Below the pieces are notes generated by a model. It was not told the DNA's origin. It worked only from the letters and a program-made list of their open reading frames with translations, and made no database searches. 64,000 bases of DNA from Schizochytrium sp. TIO01 (Eukaryota; Protista; Bigyra: Labyrinthulomycetes). The position numbers and the translations under genes are program-made. The stretch lies in contig SMSO01000014.1 in the NCBI GenBank assembly GCA_004764695.1, positions 6,376,029 to 6,440,028 on the forward strand. The letters are read 5' to 3'. Of the stretch, positions 1-11,435 are shown piece after piece; the first letter of the stretch is position 1; each line of letters opens with the position of its first letter.

Positions 1-2582
1 TTGGAATTCACGCAGCGCAACTCTTAAGGTGCTCGCTATAATGGATAACCAAACTGAGAGTAGGATCTGCCTGCAATTAATAGATAGCTCAAGAACAAAA
101 AAGCTTCGGAATATTTTTTCATGAATAGGGAATCGCACCAAGAGCTGTGTACTATCGCTTGTCCAGATCGCTTTCAGCTTGTGATATGCAAGTACAGTGC
201 TAGAGACCTGACATACCTCTCACATCCTTTTCTTCGGAATGCGTTAGAAACATTTTTTAATTGATTAATTAAAAAAAGAAAAGAAAAAAGGATTGTTTAT
301 TTATGGAGTAGGAGAGGTGTGTACTCAATGTACTAGTAAGTATTATTAGTTTGTTCTCCAAGAGGTTGTTCATGTCTATTCAGTTGAAGAAACGCCTAAT
401 GATCCATTTTACTCTCTAAGAGAGTAGGTAGTGCGCTCTCTCTTTTTTGCTGTATTCTTAGTTAGTTCTTTGCCACTTTCTCTGGTTTGCTTACTTTATC
501 TCAAACCTTTCTAACTTTGCGACTATATGACTTACAACGGCTCAGCGCACGCAAGCCTAAAGTAAATAGGCTTTTATTTTTTGGGGGTCAACACTTTAAA
601 GTTATATCAAAGATGAAGAGGGGTCCAGATTAAGTACAGATAGCCTGGCATCGTCATGAGATACATGCGTGCGTGCATTGATACAAGCGATTTCTGATTA
701 TGCATTAGCTTTACTGAAGCAGGCTCTTGTTAATCAAGAGTCCGTCTTGATAAAGGAGTGTAATTCTTAAACGTTGATCTTTGAGGTAACATAGCAAAAA
801 TCTCCGAGAGATCAGGAAGTAAGGCTAGGTAGGGGGGAGGGTCAAACATGGGAGGACTTGTGCAAAATGCCTGGTTTTCCCGTTATTTATACAGCGCGGG
901 GCAATTGATGCACAAATTGCCGCCGTATTTTGCCAGGAAAAACATATGGATTTCTACCTAATTTAATTAACACCTCAGCAGTTGTGGGGATTCCCCATTC
1001 GAAATAATCTAGAGCTAGGGTTCTCATAAATAGTGGTGGCGAGCTGTCAATGTCATATAACTTCATTTGATAACAGATTCACCAGAAGAAAGTCGTCTAT
1101 TTGTTGCTGTTTAATTGAGCTATGTTCCTGCATTGTCGATCATTGTCCATCTTTGTATGCAGAGGTGGTGACCTATTGCATTAATTTCATTGTAGCAAAG
1201 CAATAAAATAAGTGAGAGACAAATAAGAAAGGGATTTGAGCAAAACGAAATATTCTGCAAAGTTTGAAATATTTCACGAAACAAATATATGTCGAGGTTT
1301 CAGGAATTATAATCCAACTTTATTATAACTTATGACATTGCATTCCTAGTTACTCTTAAATTCAGCAATCAAAACTGATAAATCGTTCTTTCGTTTCCTT
1401 AATGTTTATTACACAAGAGTTTAACTCATGTATTTTTTTGCTACTTTTATAATTAAGTACGCCTCTCGAAAAGGCATAATAGGAGAGTCCTTGAAATCAA
1501 TATTTTCTACGAAATGCGTTCTATCCATGTATCGCTTACATAGAAATCCTTCTGACAGGCATCTAAGTTTTAACAAAAAAGAGAAGAGGTGTGTCCATGT
1601 CAAAATTGACATCTAGCACCTTCAGGAAAAAAAGCATCGCATTGTGTTGACTTCTTCAGGCTTTGAAATGCCCAGTCACATGTATGAATTCCGCAATTCC
1701 TTCTCCATGAAATAATTATTGTCAGATGTCTTGAAATATATATATGTGCATCCTCTCCCGCATGATGGCGGCCCTTTTATCAAGCTTCCTTCATACCTCC
1801 ATCGCTTCACCCCAGCATCTTGATTTCCGTGGCTGAGTCTTTCAAGTTTCACCCAGACTCAAAATCCATGAAATCACCAAATCATCAACTGGGGCCTAGC
1901 GTAACACATAAGCACCTCCTAGGCAATACCTAACGACCGCGCATGAACTGCCGGTGAATAGTCTATTGAGGAGTGCCCTCGCCAGTAGGTTATAGCTATT
2001 CTCTACAGTATACACCATCGTTTACCCCATAGTATTGGCATCAGGTTCACTATGGCCCCGCCTTCGACCTTTCTCTAGAGTTGTGAGGCTGTGCTGAGTT
2101 AATCAAACCAAGTTTGATCAACTTAAACATTGACCTTTGAAAGGGAAAGAAACTTGAAGTATGGCAACGTATAATGAACAAACAAATAGTCATGAATTTG
2201 GCCCTTTCGTTCCTCGTTTTCTTCTTATGGCTCGTTATTTAACACAGTTGCCTCCTATGAATGACTATATATCATATCCACTTAGATAAAGTGACGATGA
2301 TGGTTTGGAAAATCGAAGACTTGAATAGATAGGTATCTTCGGGAGGACTTGACAAACTCGGCGATCGATTTTCAGGACTCAGACAGTACCCTTTTGATTG
2401 ATCTGTGACTGCGCGTCGGTCTCGCGGGGCGCGGGACTTCTGGCGGTGTTGCATCCATCAGCTGTGCGAGGCTAGTGGAAAGCGTGGCGCTCTACAAGTG
2501 AACGTGTCGAGAGATTCGCCGTCTGGCGTCCACATCAACTAACATCGTTCATCGCCTGTCTCAAGCGCAAGCACCACTCGCC

Positions 2583-5500
2583 ATGCCGAGACTCACGAGG
2601 GCATCCCGAAGGAGCGCTGCCAAAAAGGCGGAGGTCGAAGAGGAGGACCAGGTCGCAGATCAGACCGAAGAGCTCGCTGTGGAGAAGACTGTCGCTGCTG
2701 CTAAGAAAGACAGCGACGCCGAAGATGGCAACAAACCTGACGAAAAAAACGACGCAGCAAATGAGAATAATGACAACGAAAACGATTCTGCAAACGAAGT
2801 TAATGATGAAGAAGACCCCGACGAACGTGTGAGCGAAAACGGCGAAACCAAAGACAATGCGAAGGATGTTGAGGACGAGGACGATGTTGAAGAAGACGAA
2901 GAAGAAGACGAAGAAGACGAGGAAAAACCGACGCGTGCGAGGCGAGCATCTTCTGCTCGCAAGACAAACAAAGCTGACACAAAACCGCAATTGGAGCCAC
3001 TCTCACAGGGTAAAGGAGGAAAACTGCGGAAACGCCTCGAAGCTTGGCACAAAGAGCTCGAGCAACGAGAGCAGCTTGACGAAGACGAGGACTCGTCAGA
3101 ACTGGACCACATGGCGAGAGAGCTCATCAGACCGCTCGTCCTTAAGTGCAAAGAAAACACAGTGCTTCTTCTCGCCGGATGTTGCTTTGCAGATATCTTG
3201 CACATCTATGCCCCGGATCCCCCTTACCTCCCCGAGGAGATCAAAACAGTGTTTGAGTTCTTGGTGGACCGCCTTCGAGGCTTGCAACAAAAACCTGGTT
3301 CGACAACATATGCTTTAAGCTTCTATATCCTCCAGAAGCTCGCCTTGTGTCGCTCGAGTTGTATTCTTGTGGAGCTCACTGATGCAGATGATGACCCGCT
3401 CACCTCGGAAGACCTCATCGTCTCCCTGGTGGAGGCCATGTTTGATATTATGGTACCGACGCGGGAGCACAGTGTGGAGGCCTACGCCTTGGAACTTCTT
3501 GTCGGTCTCTTTGATGAAATGGATCGATTTTCTCCACGCGTGCTTGACGCATTGCTTGTGAAACTTTTACCTGAGTATCAAAAAGAGTCCCCTAAGGCTT
3601 TTGAGCTTGCGGTTAAAGTCATTCGCCAGCTCAGCGATCGTTTGCGAGAGCCGCTTTCTGCGCTCCTTAATGGGTTCGTATCTGGTATCCGCTCAGCGCG
3701 GGCAAGCGATGTTGTGGACAAGGGAAGAGCGCGCAAAAAGATGCGAAAATCCCTTAATGGCGATAGCGATGAAGATATGGATGAAGGTGATGACGAAGAA
3801 GGCAGCGAGGCTGAAGACAACGATCACATGCTTATTGGTGGAAATAATGAAGAGGAGGCTACTGCCACTGAGGTCAAAGATAATGTCTACGAGATCATCT
3901 TCCAACTCTTCCGTGTTGACCCATCCCTCCTCTTGTACACACTACCGCATGTTGCTGCACAGCTCGAGGCCTCCGATGAAGAGGCCCGTCGTGAGGCGGT
4001 AGGCGTAGTTGGCCGGATTTTCTGCCAAGTTGATCGTCAGTCTCTTCTTAGTGACAATTCTCGCCTCTGGGCCGCCTTTCTGCGTCGTATCCTCGATGTG
4101 GACAGTGGGATTCGTCTCTCCTTGGTGAGTTTTGCTGGTTTTGCTTTGAACAGGAGCGAACCAAGCAAGCCGGGCTCAGGAAACAGTGAGGATAATGACG
4201 AAGATGAAGATGAAAATGAGAATGGAGTATCTTCTGTTCCACATGGTGATACTAGTGAGTCGACTCTTGGGGCAGGTGCAGGGGCAAATTTCTGGGTGAA
4301 ACATTTTATTTCACCAAATTTTCATGCTGAGTACGCCAAGACGTTGGAATCCACATTGCTAGACCCATCGAAGCACGAACCTAGTTTCTTGGAGCTTGCT
4401 TTGAATGACAAGGACGTTAATGTAAGGCGGGAAGCTGTGGAGGTGGTAGTTGCCTTTATATCTCGCCCTGGTGTTCTTCGTCAGTTCAAGCGTTTCGACG
4501 TGCATGACTCCCTTGTGCGTGCACTATCTATGCGCTTGTGTGACAAACGAGTTGACCTAGCCACAAGTGCTTTGGAGGGTTTGGCAAAGTGTTTCAATGC
4601 CGGGCTTGTTGAGCCTTACTGGGTACCCCAAGCTGAATTGGAAAACGAGGTGAACGAAAAATCTGATCGCCTTCTTGAAAATGAAAGCAATGAGGATGGC
4701 CCTAGTGAAGACAGTGAAGCTGTTAGTTTCTCTAATACAAACAAGGAAATGAGAGATGAGCCTTCCGAAATGCAAACTTTTGCTGAGGAGGTTCTGGAGT
4801 GGATTCCGCATGATATGTTCCTCCATGTCCTTCACCAACGCGCACATGACGACACTTTGATGTATAGGCTTACGCTGTGCTCAGTAATGGATAGTGTTAT
4901 ACTTGGTAGACGAAAGCACCGGAACCTGAAGGTGCGTGCTTGGATCCTCGCCCGAGTCTGGTCAAAATTGGAAGATATTGCACGCAATGCGTTCGGCCTC
5001 ATCATGCTTAAGCAACGTGGCAGACTTGTGGGATTGCTTTCGCAAGTTACACAAGCGCGCGAAGCCATGGAAGGTAAGTCAACCAGACGTGGACGCCGCT
5101 CGCTGGGCCAGCAACAAAACCAACAGCAATCAACAGAAGAAGCGGCTGCCACAACGAAGGGGTGCCGGGCCTTGAAGCAACTTGCGCAGGAATTTGTCCC
5201 ATCGGTGCGTTGTCCTGATGCAGCTACCAAATTAGTTAATGTTTGGGATCTCAAAGACAAACATGTGTTTAGGGATTTAAAGATAATTGGAGAATGCCGT
5301 GGGGCCGACCCAGATCAAGTAGCAGATGCTGAAACCGATCTCATCCAGCGGCTTGGTTCCAAGTCAGAAACTGCTCGCGCAGCCCGAGTCCTGACTACAC
5401 GCCTTATGGCTACAACCTTCGGTGAATTGGAGATGCTGGAGTTGTTGGGTGTGTATGCACGCATCGTAGCTAAAAGGGGTGATGATGCAGAGGTTGAAAA

Positions 5501-7790
5501 TTTGTGTTCTCTCATTGAAGCAACAATGTCGGAGATGCCAGAACTTATCGGTGTCGAAGCAGTCAAATCTTCTGCATGGATTCTTGCACTCGCGGAAGCC
5601 CGGTTTTGTCATCAAAGAAAGGGCAATGATGAAACCCAAACATCATCAGAGGCGAGAAGTGACCAAGTATCTTCTCAGCAAAAGAAGAAGCAGCAGAAGC
5701 AACAGCAACAGAGGCGGCGTAGCTCGCGAAACCGCCGAAGTACTGCATCCGCTGGATCATCTGCTATTGAAGAGGAGACAGACGTTACTTCTAACTTGAC
5801 CCCAACAAAGAGCGTGCAAACGTCCGCCCTGCCTATCCCCACGATGTCTGCTCGCCAACTCCAAGCTTATGAGAAACTTTCAGACCACAGTCTGGAAAAT
5901 CTCTGTATCGCTGCATGTAACGTCGCGTCAGCTGCTGCCGCAAAGGATGGACCTTTGCCGGATGAGTCGCAGCTGGAGCGGATTTTTCGTTATTCAGGAC
6001 GTGTTGATTGTGTGAAATCAGCAAGTAAAGCTTGGGCGCTTCATGTCATCCGTGAAACAAAACTTGGCACCGGCCAAAATAATGTCATGCGAGCCCGATT
6101 CAAAGCAGTCCTAAAGGATGCGATTGAAGCTGTGAAAACAGTTTTGAGAGAGAAACGCCGCGACTCCAATACCGTACAGTGTACATTATCGGTATTGAAG
6201 GCTCTTATCAAGTTATGCCCAGAATTTGCTGCTGAAGCTGATATTGACCTCTTTGGTCTTACCTCAAAGGTATTCGAGTATGTTCGTCACCCTTTCTCGA
6301 AGAAGCGAAAAGATGGCACTCCGGCTTCAAGCTCCCCCTCGCCAGCATCTCAAGCTCTGGAGACCGCAAAAGCAAAGGTCTTAGGGATTAAATTTATTTG
6401 TTATGAAATTCTGCGTCGAGTACGGGATTTTGATCCAGATGATCTGACAGAGCTTCGCAAACTGGTCTTGCTCATGCGCAAATTTGTGTCTGATAGTGGG
6501 GATCCATGGTCTCGCGAACAACAACGCAAGGCAAGCGGTAGTGCCACAAAGACGACTCCGAATAAGAGAAGGAAGTCAATCAGCGAGACAATAGTCTGGC
6601 CACCTAGTGAGGATGAATCATTTGTCCAACTACGTCTGCATTCTGCAAAAGCATTGATTAAGCTTGAGGCACGCTGTCCCGGTGGACCTGCACGCGATGT
6701 ACTCCGTGAGGCAAATGAAAAACAGCAAAGTCACCAACGTGAAATTCAACGCTGGGTAGAACTGAGTTGGATTGCATTGGATCCTGATGAAGCAGCACGG
6801 GAGGCATTTGTTGCAACGCTCTACAAAGAGTTCATTACGCGTGGTCGGGAATTGTTTCGATATGGTGCGTTTTTCCCTTTGGCAGCTGCCCTACGACCCA
6901 AGGGTGCTGCACATGGCCACATGACTCAGCTTTTGAGATTTTTGCAACGTACATATCAAGCAAAGACAGAACGTGCTGCTCTGCTTGGTCGTGGTGAGAA
7001 TCTAAACATTGCTGCTCAATTCGCCCCAGAAAACATGGTGTCCACGCTTATTTATCTTGTGGCGCATCATCCTCAAATGCCCATTGCACGGGAAGCAGCT
7101 CAGGATTTTGTTAGTTCTCTTGCAGGACAGCGTGCGCTTATCAAGCCATTGGTAACTCTTTTTGATGGTTTGTCAAGTGTAGCTCCCCAACATAATACAA
7201 ATGCTGGCTTGCTGTATGCCTTGTTGGAAGTCATGCGTCGTCATACAGATGCACTTAATCCGGGATGTGACAACATTCACATGATTGGTGAGATTTGCCA
7301 GCTTCTTATTAAGCATCGTATGAAAGTGAGCCCGGATTTACTGGAGTACCCTGGTGGAATTATGCTACCTAAAATGTACGTAGCAGTTCAAGCTACACCT
7401 CTTCGCCAACACAACGATATTGCTTCCCCTGGAATGGCCCCGGTAACGCCTCGAAACAGCTCCAAGGCTACCGAACGATCAGCTCAACGCCAACGCCGTT
7501 CCTATCAAAATGGGGCAATGCTGCCTGCAAACTTTGAGCTACGTGTTGGTGCCGGTAGTGGAGGAGCTGCGTTGGCAACCTCAGCTGATGAATCCTTCAA
7601 TTTTCGGCGAAAGCGTGTACGACCCGTTGCCTCCAGGACTGGATCTTCCTCAAACAAACAACGAAAGCAGCAGCCCCAGTCACATGTCCCGCCTGTCACC
7701 CCTACACGCCGGCAACCTTCCCGAAGCACTAAAACTGATGTCGGCTACGCCGATGTGGAGCACAGCGATGACGATATGAGTGAGGAGTAA
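2583..7790 (+). CDS. PDS5: Sister chromatid cohesion protein PDS5 (HEAT-repeat)
   Basis: 1735-aa uninterrupted ORF. It has the PDS5 N-terminal signature LLAGCCFADILHIYAPDPPY, the segment PSLLLYTLPHVAAQLEASDEEARREAV, and the C-terminal PENMVSTLIYLVAHHP. Both termini are acidic/basic and low-complexity. Confidence 0.9.
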   Translation: MPRLTRASRRSAAKKAEVEEEDQVADQTEELAVEKTVAAAKKDSDAEDGNKPDEKNDAANENNDNENDSANEVNDEEDPDERVSENGETKDNAKDVEDEDDVEEDEEEDEEDEEKPTRARRASSARKTNKADTKPQLEPLSQGKGGKLRKRLEAWHKELEQREQLDEDEDSSELDHMARELIRPLVLKCKENTVLLLAGCCFADILHIYAPDPPYLPEEIKTVFEFLVDRLRGLQQKPGSTTYALSFYILQKLALCRSSCILVELTDADDDPLTSEDLIVSLVEAMFDIMVPTREHSVEAYALELLVGLFDEMDRFSPRVLDALLVKLLPEYQKESPKAFELAVKVIRQLSDRLREPLSALLNGFVSGIRSARASDVVDKGRARKKMRKSLNGDSDEDMDEGDDEEGSEAEDNDHMLIGGNNEEEATATEVKDNVYEIIFQLFRVDPSLLLYTLPHVAAQLEASDEEARREAVGVVGRIFCQVDRQSLLSDNSRLWAAFLRRILDVDSGIRLSLVSFAGFALNRSEPSKPGSGNSEDNDEDEDENENGVSSVPHGDTSESTLGAGAGANFWVKHFISPNFHAEYAKTLESTLLDPSKHEPSFLELALNDKDVNVRREAVEVVVAFISRPGVLRQFKRFDVHDSLVRALSMRLCDKRVDLATSALEGLAKCFNAGLVEPYWVPQAELENEVNEKSDRLLENESNEDGPSEDSEAVSFSNTNKEMRDEPSEMQTFAEEVLEWIPHDMFLHVLHQRAHDDTLMYRLTLCSVMDSVILGRRKHRNLKVRAWILARVWSKLEDIARNAFGLIMLKQRGRLVGLLSQVTQAREAMEGKSTRRGRRSLGQQQNQQQSTEEAAATTKGCRALKQLAQEFVPSVRCPDAATKLVNVWDLKDKHVFRDLKIIGECRGADPDQVADAETDLIQRLGSKSETARAARVLTTRLMATTFGELEMLELLGVYARIVAKRGDDAEVENLCSLIEATMSEMPELIGVEAVKSSAWILALAEARFCHQRKGNDETQTSSEARSDQVSSQQKKKQQKQQQQRRRSSRNRRSTASAGSSAIEEETDVTSNLTPTKSVQTSALPIPTMSARQLQAYEKLSDHSLENLCIAACNVASAAAAKDGPLPDESQLERIFRYSGRVDCVKSASKAWALHVIRETKLGTGQNNVMRARFKAVLKDAIEAVKTVLREKRRDSNTVQCTLSVLKALIKLCPEFAAEADIDLFGLTSKVFEYVRHPFSKKRKDGTPASSSPSPASQALETAKAKVLGIKFICYEILRRVRDFDPDDLTELRKLVLLMRKFVSDSGDPWSREQQRKASGSATKTTPNKRRKSISETIVWPPSEDESFVQLRLHSAKALIKLEARCPGGPARDVLREANEKQQSHQREIQRWVELSWIALDPDEAAREAFVATLYKEFITRGRELFRYGAFFPLAAALRPKGAAHGHMTQLLRFLQRTYQAKTERAALLGRGENLNIAAQFAPENMVSTLIYLVAHHPQMPIAREAAQDFVSSLAGQRALIKPLVTLFDGLSSVAPQHNTNAGLLYALLEVMRRHTDALNPGCDNIHMIGEICQLLIKHRMKVSPDLLEYPGGIMLPKMYVAVQATPLRQHNDIASPGMAPVTPRNSSKATERSAQRQRRSYQNGAMLPANFELRVGAGSGGAALATSADESFNFRRKRVRPVASRTGSSSNKQRKQQPQSHVPPVTPTRRQPSRSTKTDVGYADVEHSDDDMSEE

Positions 7791-8757
7791 AGAACGTGAA
7801 AATGGTAATACCATAATGTGTAGCATTAAAAACTTAAAGATTAGGTTTACTTTGTTATGGGCTTGCTTTATCCAGCAACCAATTTTTCCTGCTATAATTG
7901 GCATTGTCTTCAATCGTAAAGCTAGCTTCTTCGATTACGATAATGTATTTCTGTGATTTTGAACACCACAGCCTTCTTATAATTACTTGTCTAATTCTTG
8001 GTTCGTGCTCAAAATGTTGAGAACACCTTATATGATTTACAGTTGGATGATTCGACAAAAACGTAGAGTAGCAAATAGTACTACTGTTCATCACAGTTTG
8101 GCCTTAACTTATAAGAAAGCCTAATCTGAGCATTCAGACTATTAGGATATCAGTCTTCCCAAGCAAAACTTTACAAGAATTTTGCATTGTTTCATATTAT
8201 ATGGAGCGGCACGTTGCAAGAACTGTCCTCTCGTCTATACACTATGGAACATCCGAGCAGGTAACTAGCATTCGTGTTGTAGCCTGAGGCACTCACTCAA
8301 ACAAACACATAAACAGCCTTGGAACAAGCCATATACCTGTGCTTAGGTCCGCGAGTGTGTTAATCAGCGCATTTCTGCTCATTAGAATAGGAAGGTGGGT
8401 ACTTATACATGTTAAATGACAGCAGCCTAATCTTCAGCGAATGCTGCCTGAGAGTGATGAGCTGTAAGCCCCATTTGCAAGCGGCATATGTGAATAGATA
8501 TTCCGATGTGTCCTAAGATTGCCGCAACTTAAATGATGTTTTTCCATGTACTTGGGTAAGCTGCCTACAGATCTAGGTAGGTAGTTATGATTTATGAATA
8601 AAAATAATCTTTGTTGCATAAGTTCCTGTAACAATTGTCTTGGCACTTGAGGGAAAACTTCGAACATTCCAAACCTCAAACTCAAGGAGAGCGCAGTGAG
8701 ATACTAAAAGCATACGCGGCTTTTGCTTAGTCTGGCAGCGTTTGACAAAGAGTTGAA

Positions 8758-9654
8758 ATGGAGTTAAAAGCGCCCACTGCAGTGCAAAGCTCTTGTCTGT
8801 GCGGAGCGGTGAAGATCAGTGCCAAGGCACCCATGCACATCGATCATTGCCACTGCGACAACTGCACACGTACGAGTGGAAGTCCAGTGGTGCCATGGGC
8901 CACAGTACCTTTTGAAGGCTATGAAGTCTCAGGTGATGCGGAAGTCTACGAATCGTCCTCACATGGAAAGCGGGTGTTTTGTAAGAAATGCGGATCCACG
9001 CTTGCTTTTGTCCCTGAGGGAGACGAAGAAGTGGACCTGGCAGTGGGCTGTCTTGAGAACCGCGCGGAGCAAAGCATGCGACCTGCATTTCACATTTTCA
9101 CCTACAATCGCATCAGCTGGGCAGACTCCATCGACGATGATTTGCCTACGCGTGAGGATGCCTTGAAGCAAGAGATGAAAGTCCAGAGCACTCGAGGCAG
9201 CTCAGATCCTATCTTGCGCGACGAGATGATCACTGGTCACTGCTTCTGTAAAAATATTGAACTCACATTGCAAGGCCCACCTATTACTTCCCTGTGGTGT
9301 CACTGCAAGTCTTGTCAAGCATCTTCTGGGGGTATTGCGATTGTCTGGGCTTGTTGGGCCAGCGAAATCACCCACGGTGCAGACTCTGATGAGAAGCGAA
9401 CCCCATACCGACACGGAGCAGAATTTGAGCGTAGATTTTGCAAGACCTGTGGGTCTATGGTATCTGGGCACACACCTGCAAGCCCAGAGAAGACCTGGGT
9501 ACCAATCCCTATTCTAGATGAGCCGGGGCGCGTAGCACCGATGTTTCATCAATTCACCAGCAGCGCGCTCCCATGGCTTCGTGTACGAGATAGGCGTCAC
9601 AAGTTCGCAGGTAGCGCCGACTACTCGTGCTCTTTGGATGCAGTGGTAGCATGA
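8758..9654 (+). CDS. Tandem double GFA/CENP-V (Mss4-like Zn-binding) domain protein
   Basis: Two copies of the CxCG...CHCxxC...FCxxCG pattern: CLCGAV/HCHCDNC/FCKKCG and CFCKNI/WCHCKSC/FCKTCG. Each is followed by a PxFHxF...W motif. Confidence 0.88.
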   Translation: MELKAPTAVQSSCLCGAVKISAKAPMHIDHCHCDNCTRTSGSPVVPWATVPFEGYEVSGDAEVYESSSHGKRVFCKKCGSTLAFVPEGDEEVDLAVGCLENRAEQSMRPAFHIFTYNRISWADSIDDDLPTREDALKQEMKVQSTRGSSDPILRDEMITGHCFCKNIELTLQGPPITSLWCHCKSCQASSGGIAIVWACWASEITHGADSDEKRTPYRHGAEFERRFCKTCGSMVSGHTPASPEKTWVPIPILDEPGRVAPMFHQFTSSALPWLRVRDRRHKFAGSADYSCSLDAVVA

Positions 9655-10160
9655 TGTTTATTAGTATAACCACAAAATGATTGCTCTTGAAAAAATTAAA
9701 AAAGCATTTCCCTTTTTACCTCATAGTGACCAAAATTCTGCATCGAAAGAGTTGTAGATTTCCCATTTCAAGGTCTATCTATACCTACTTGTTTGGACAA
9801 TTTCCTCCTGCAATGAAATTTTGAACGATTTCAATTCAACAAAAGCACTTAAATTTCTGCAATTAGAAAACTACTACCGGTGCCAAACATCCAAACCCGA
9901 TTAAATGTTTAGCATAACCTGTGTCATCAAATCATCATTTTGTGTTGTAGTACATAACATAGACCCCTCCCAAACTAAGTTTCCAATCTGATATTTCCAA
10001 CCCACTTTGCTGTGACATTTACCTATTAATACTAGCGGCGTTCTTGTTCTCGTTCTTTCGCCCCAAAGTTTTTTTAACCTTTTTGGTGGATTCGCGACAG
10101 TGCTGTGAAAGTCAACGACGCATAACCACTCCGGGTAGTTTTCCTACACCGTGAATCACA

Positions 10161-11123
10161 ATGCAGGCACGACCGGGCGGACCCCGCCGCTGTCCGATGC
10201 CACCTCCTTTTCCTTTCCCTCAGCGGTGGGCGGAAGTTGCACAAAATGGAGGCGTCATGGGCCAAGCGCAATGGATGGTGCCACCAGCATACTTAGTGCC
10301 CTTTCAGGCGCACTCAAGTGGAGAGGTCGAGAGCGCATCAAATATCACTGAAGGGGAAGACATGGAGAAATTCGAGAGCGAAGAAGCTTTTCCGTTTGAA
10401 AGTGAAGTGGGTTGTGAAGATATGCATGAGGACCATCGACAAATTATCTTTCGTCGTGCAGATTTTGGAGATGACGAGGATGATGAGGATTATGGAGGAG
10501 AAATAGGCGTGGGCTATGACAGGTACTATGAAGACTCCAATAACGTGGATGACGAGGAAGATATTGTAGATTATACCAAGATCGTGTTCAAGAAGGAAGA
10601 CTTTGCGAATGAGCTTGGCGAAGACGATGACTTTGGTCTTGATGGTGGCATAGATTCTGATGTTGAGGTAGACGAGATTGAGGAGTCCTTTAATCTTGAG
10701 GGCGAGGGCGAGATTGTGCTAGTTGATGCCTGGGCTTCGAAACTCGTCGTAGCCGCACAAAAGCGTCATAACCGCCTAGTACAAGAAGCAAATAGTTTAG
10801 CTGCAGAAGAGAAACAACAGCATCTAACAATAATTCCAGAGCCCCTTGGTGAGCCACCAAATCTTGATAAAATAGAAAATCAGAAGAAGAAGAAGGGATC
10901 CAAACCAAACGACAAGAAGAAAAAGAATGCAAAGAATATTGTATCAGCACGGGAGAAAAATCTTTATAAACGATATGGTCCAGAACGAGGAAAGCGTATT
11001 GCCTTGAGCGAAATGGCCTTGGACGCCATCTTCGCAGTTCGCGCAGCTCGCTCTGGCCACCTTGCCGCGTCAACACCTGCGGCAACAACCCAACCTTTGG
11101 TTTCAGTAGCTCCAGCAGAGTGA
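10161..11123 (+). CDS. Acidic protein, possibly Gemin8-like (SMN complex)
   Basis: 320-aa ORF with a long Asp/Glu-rich middle. The C-terminal REKNLYKRYGPERGKRIALSEMALDAIF resembles, from memory, the Gemin8 segment [24 protein letters not shown]. The CDS is solid; the product call is weak. Confidence 0.45.
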   Translation: MQARPGGPRRCPMPPPFPFPQRWAEVAQNGGVMGQAQWMVPPAYLVPFQAHSSGEVESASNITEGEDMEKFESEEAFPFESEVGCEDMHEDHRQIIFRRADFGDDEDDEDYGGEIGVGYDRYYEDSNNVDDEEDIVDYTKIVFKKEDFANELGEDDDFGLDGGIDSDVEVDEIEESFNLEGEGEIVLVDAWASKLVVAAQKRHNRLVQEANSLAAEEKQQHLTIIPEPLGEPPNLDKIENQKKKKGSKPNDKKKKNAKNIVSAREKNLYKRYGPERGKRIALSEMALDAIFAVRAARSGHLAASTPAATTQPLVSVAPAE

Positions 11124-11435
11124 CTATTTGTTCATTGACTTTGACTCAACTGCGTCGCCACCGCAACGAAGCTAGTTGCAATGAGCTACACGTTGGAGAA
11201 AACTTAGAGAATTATATTGAAGCATTATTTCCTTTAAAAAAAACAAATCTGCAGGCCCGGGGACCCTATAGCAAATGTACTGTAGAAAATGCATGGTTGA
11301 GTGCGAATAGTTAGATTAATAGTGCAAAGCCATGTACAAGTTATTCATATCTCTTAATGTTGCTTTGTGTATTCCTTTGTTGTATATTATCAGTTTGAAA
11401 ACGGGCAAAAAGTAGGCAAGCAGTCTATAGAAATA

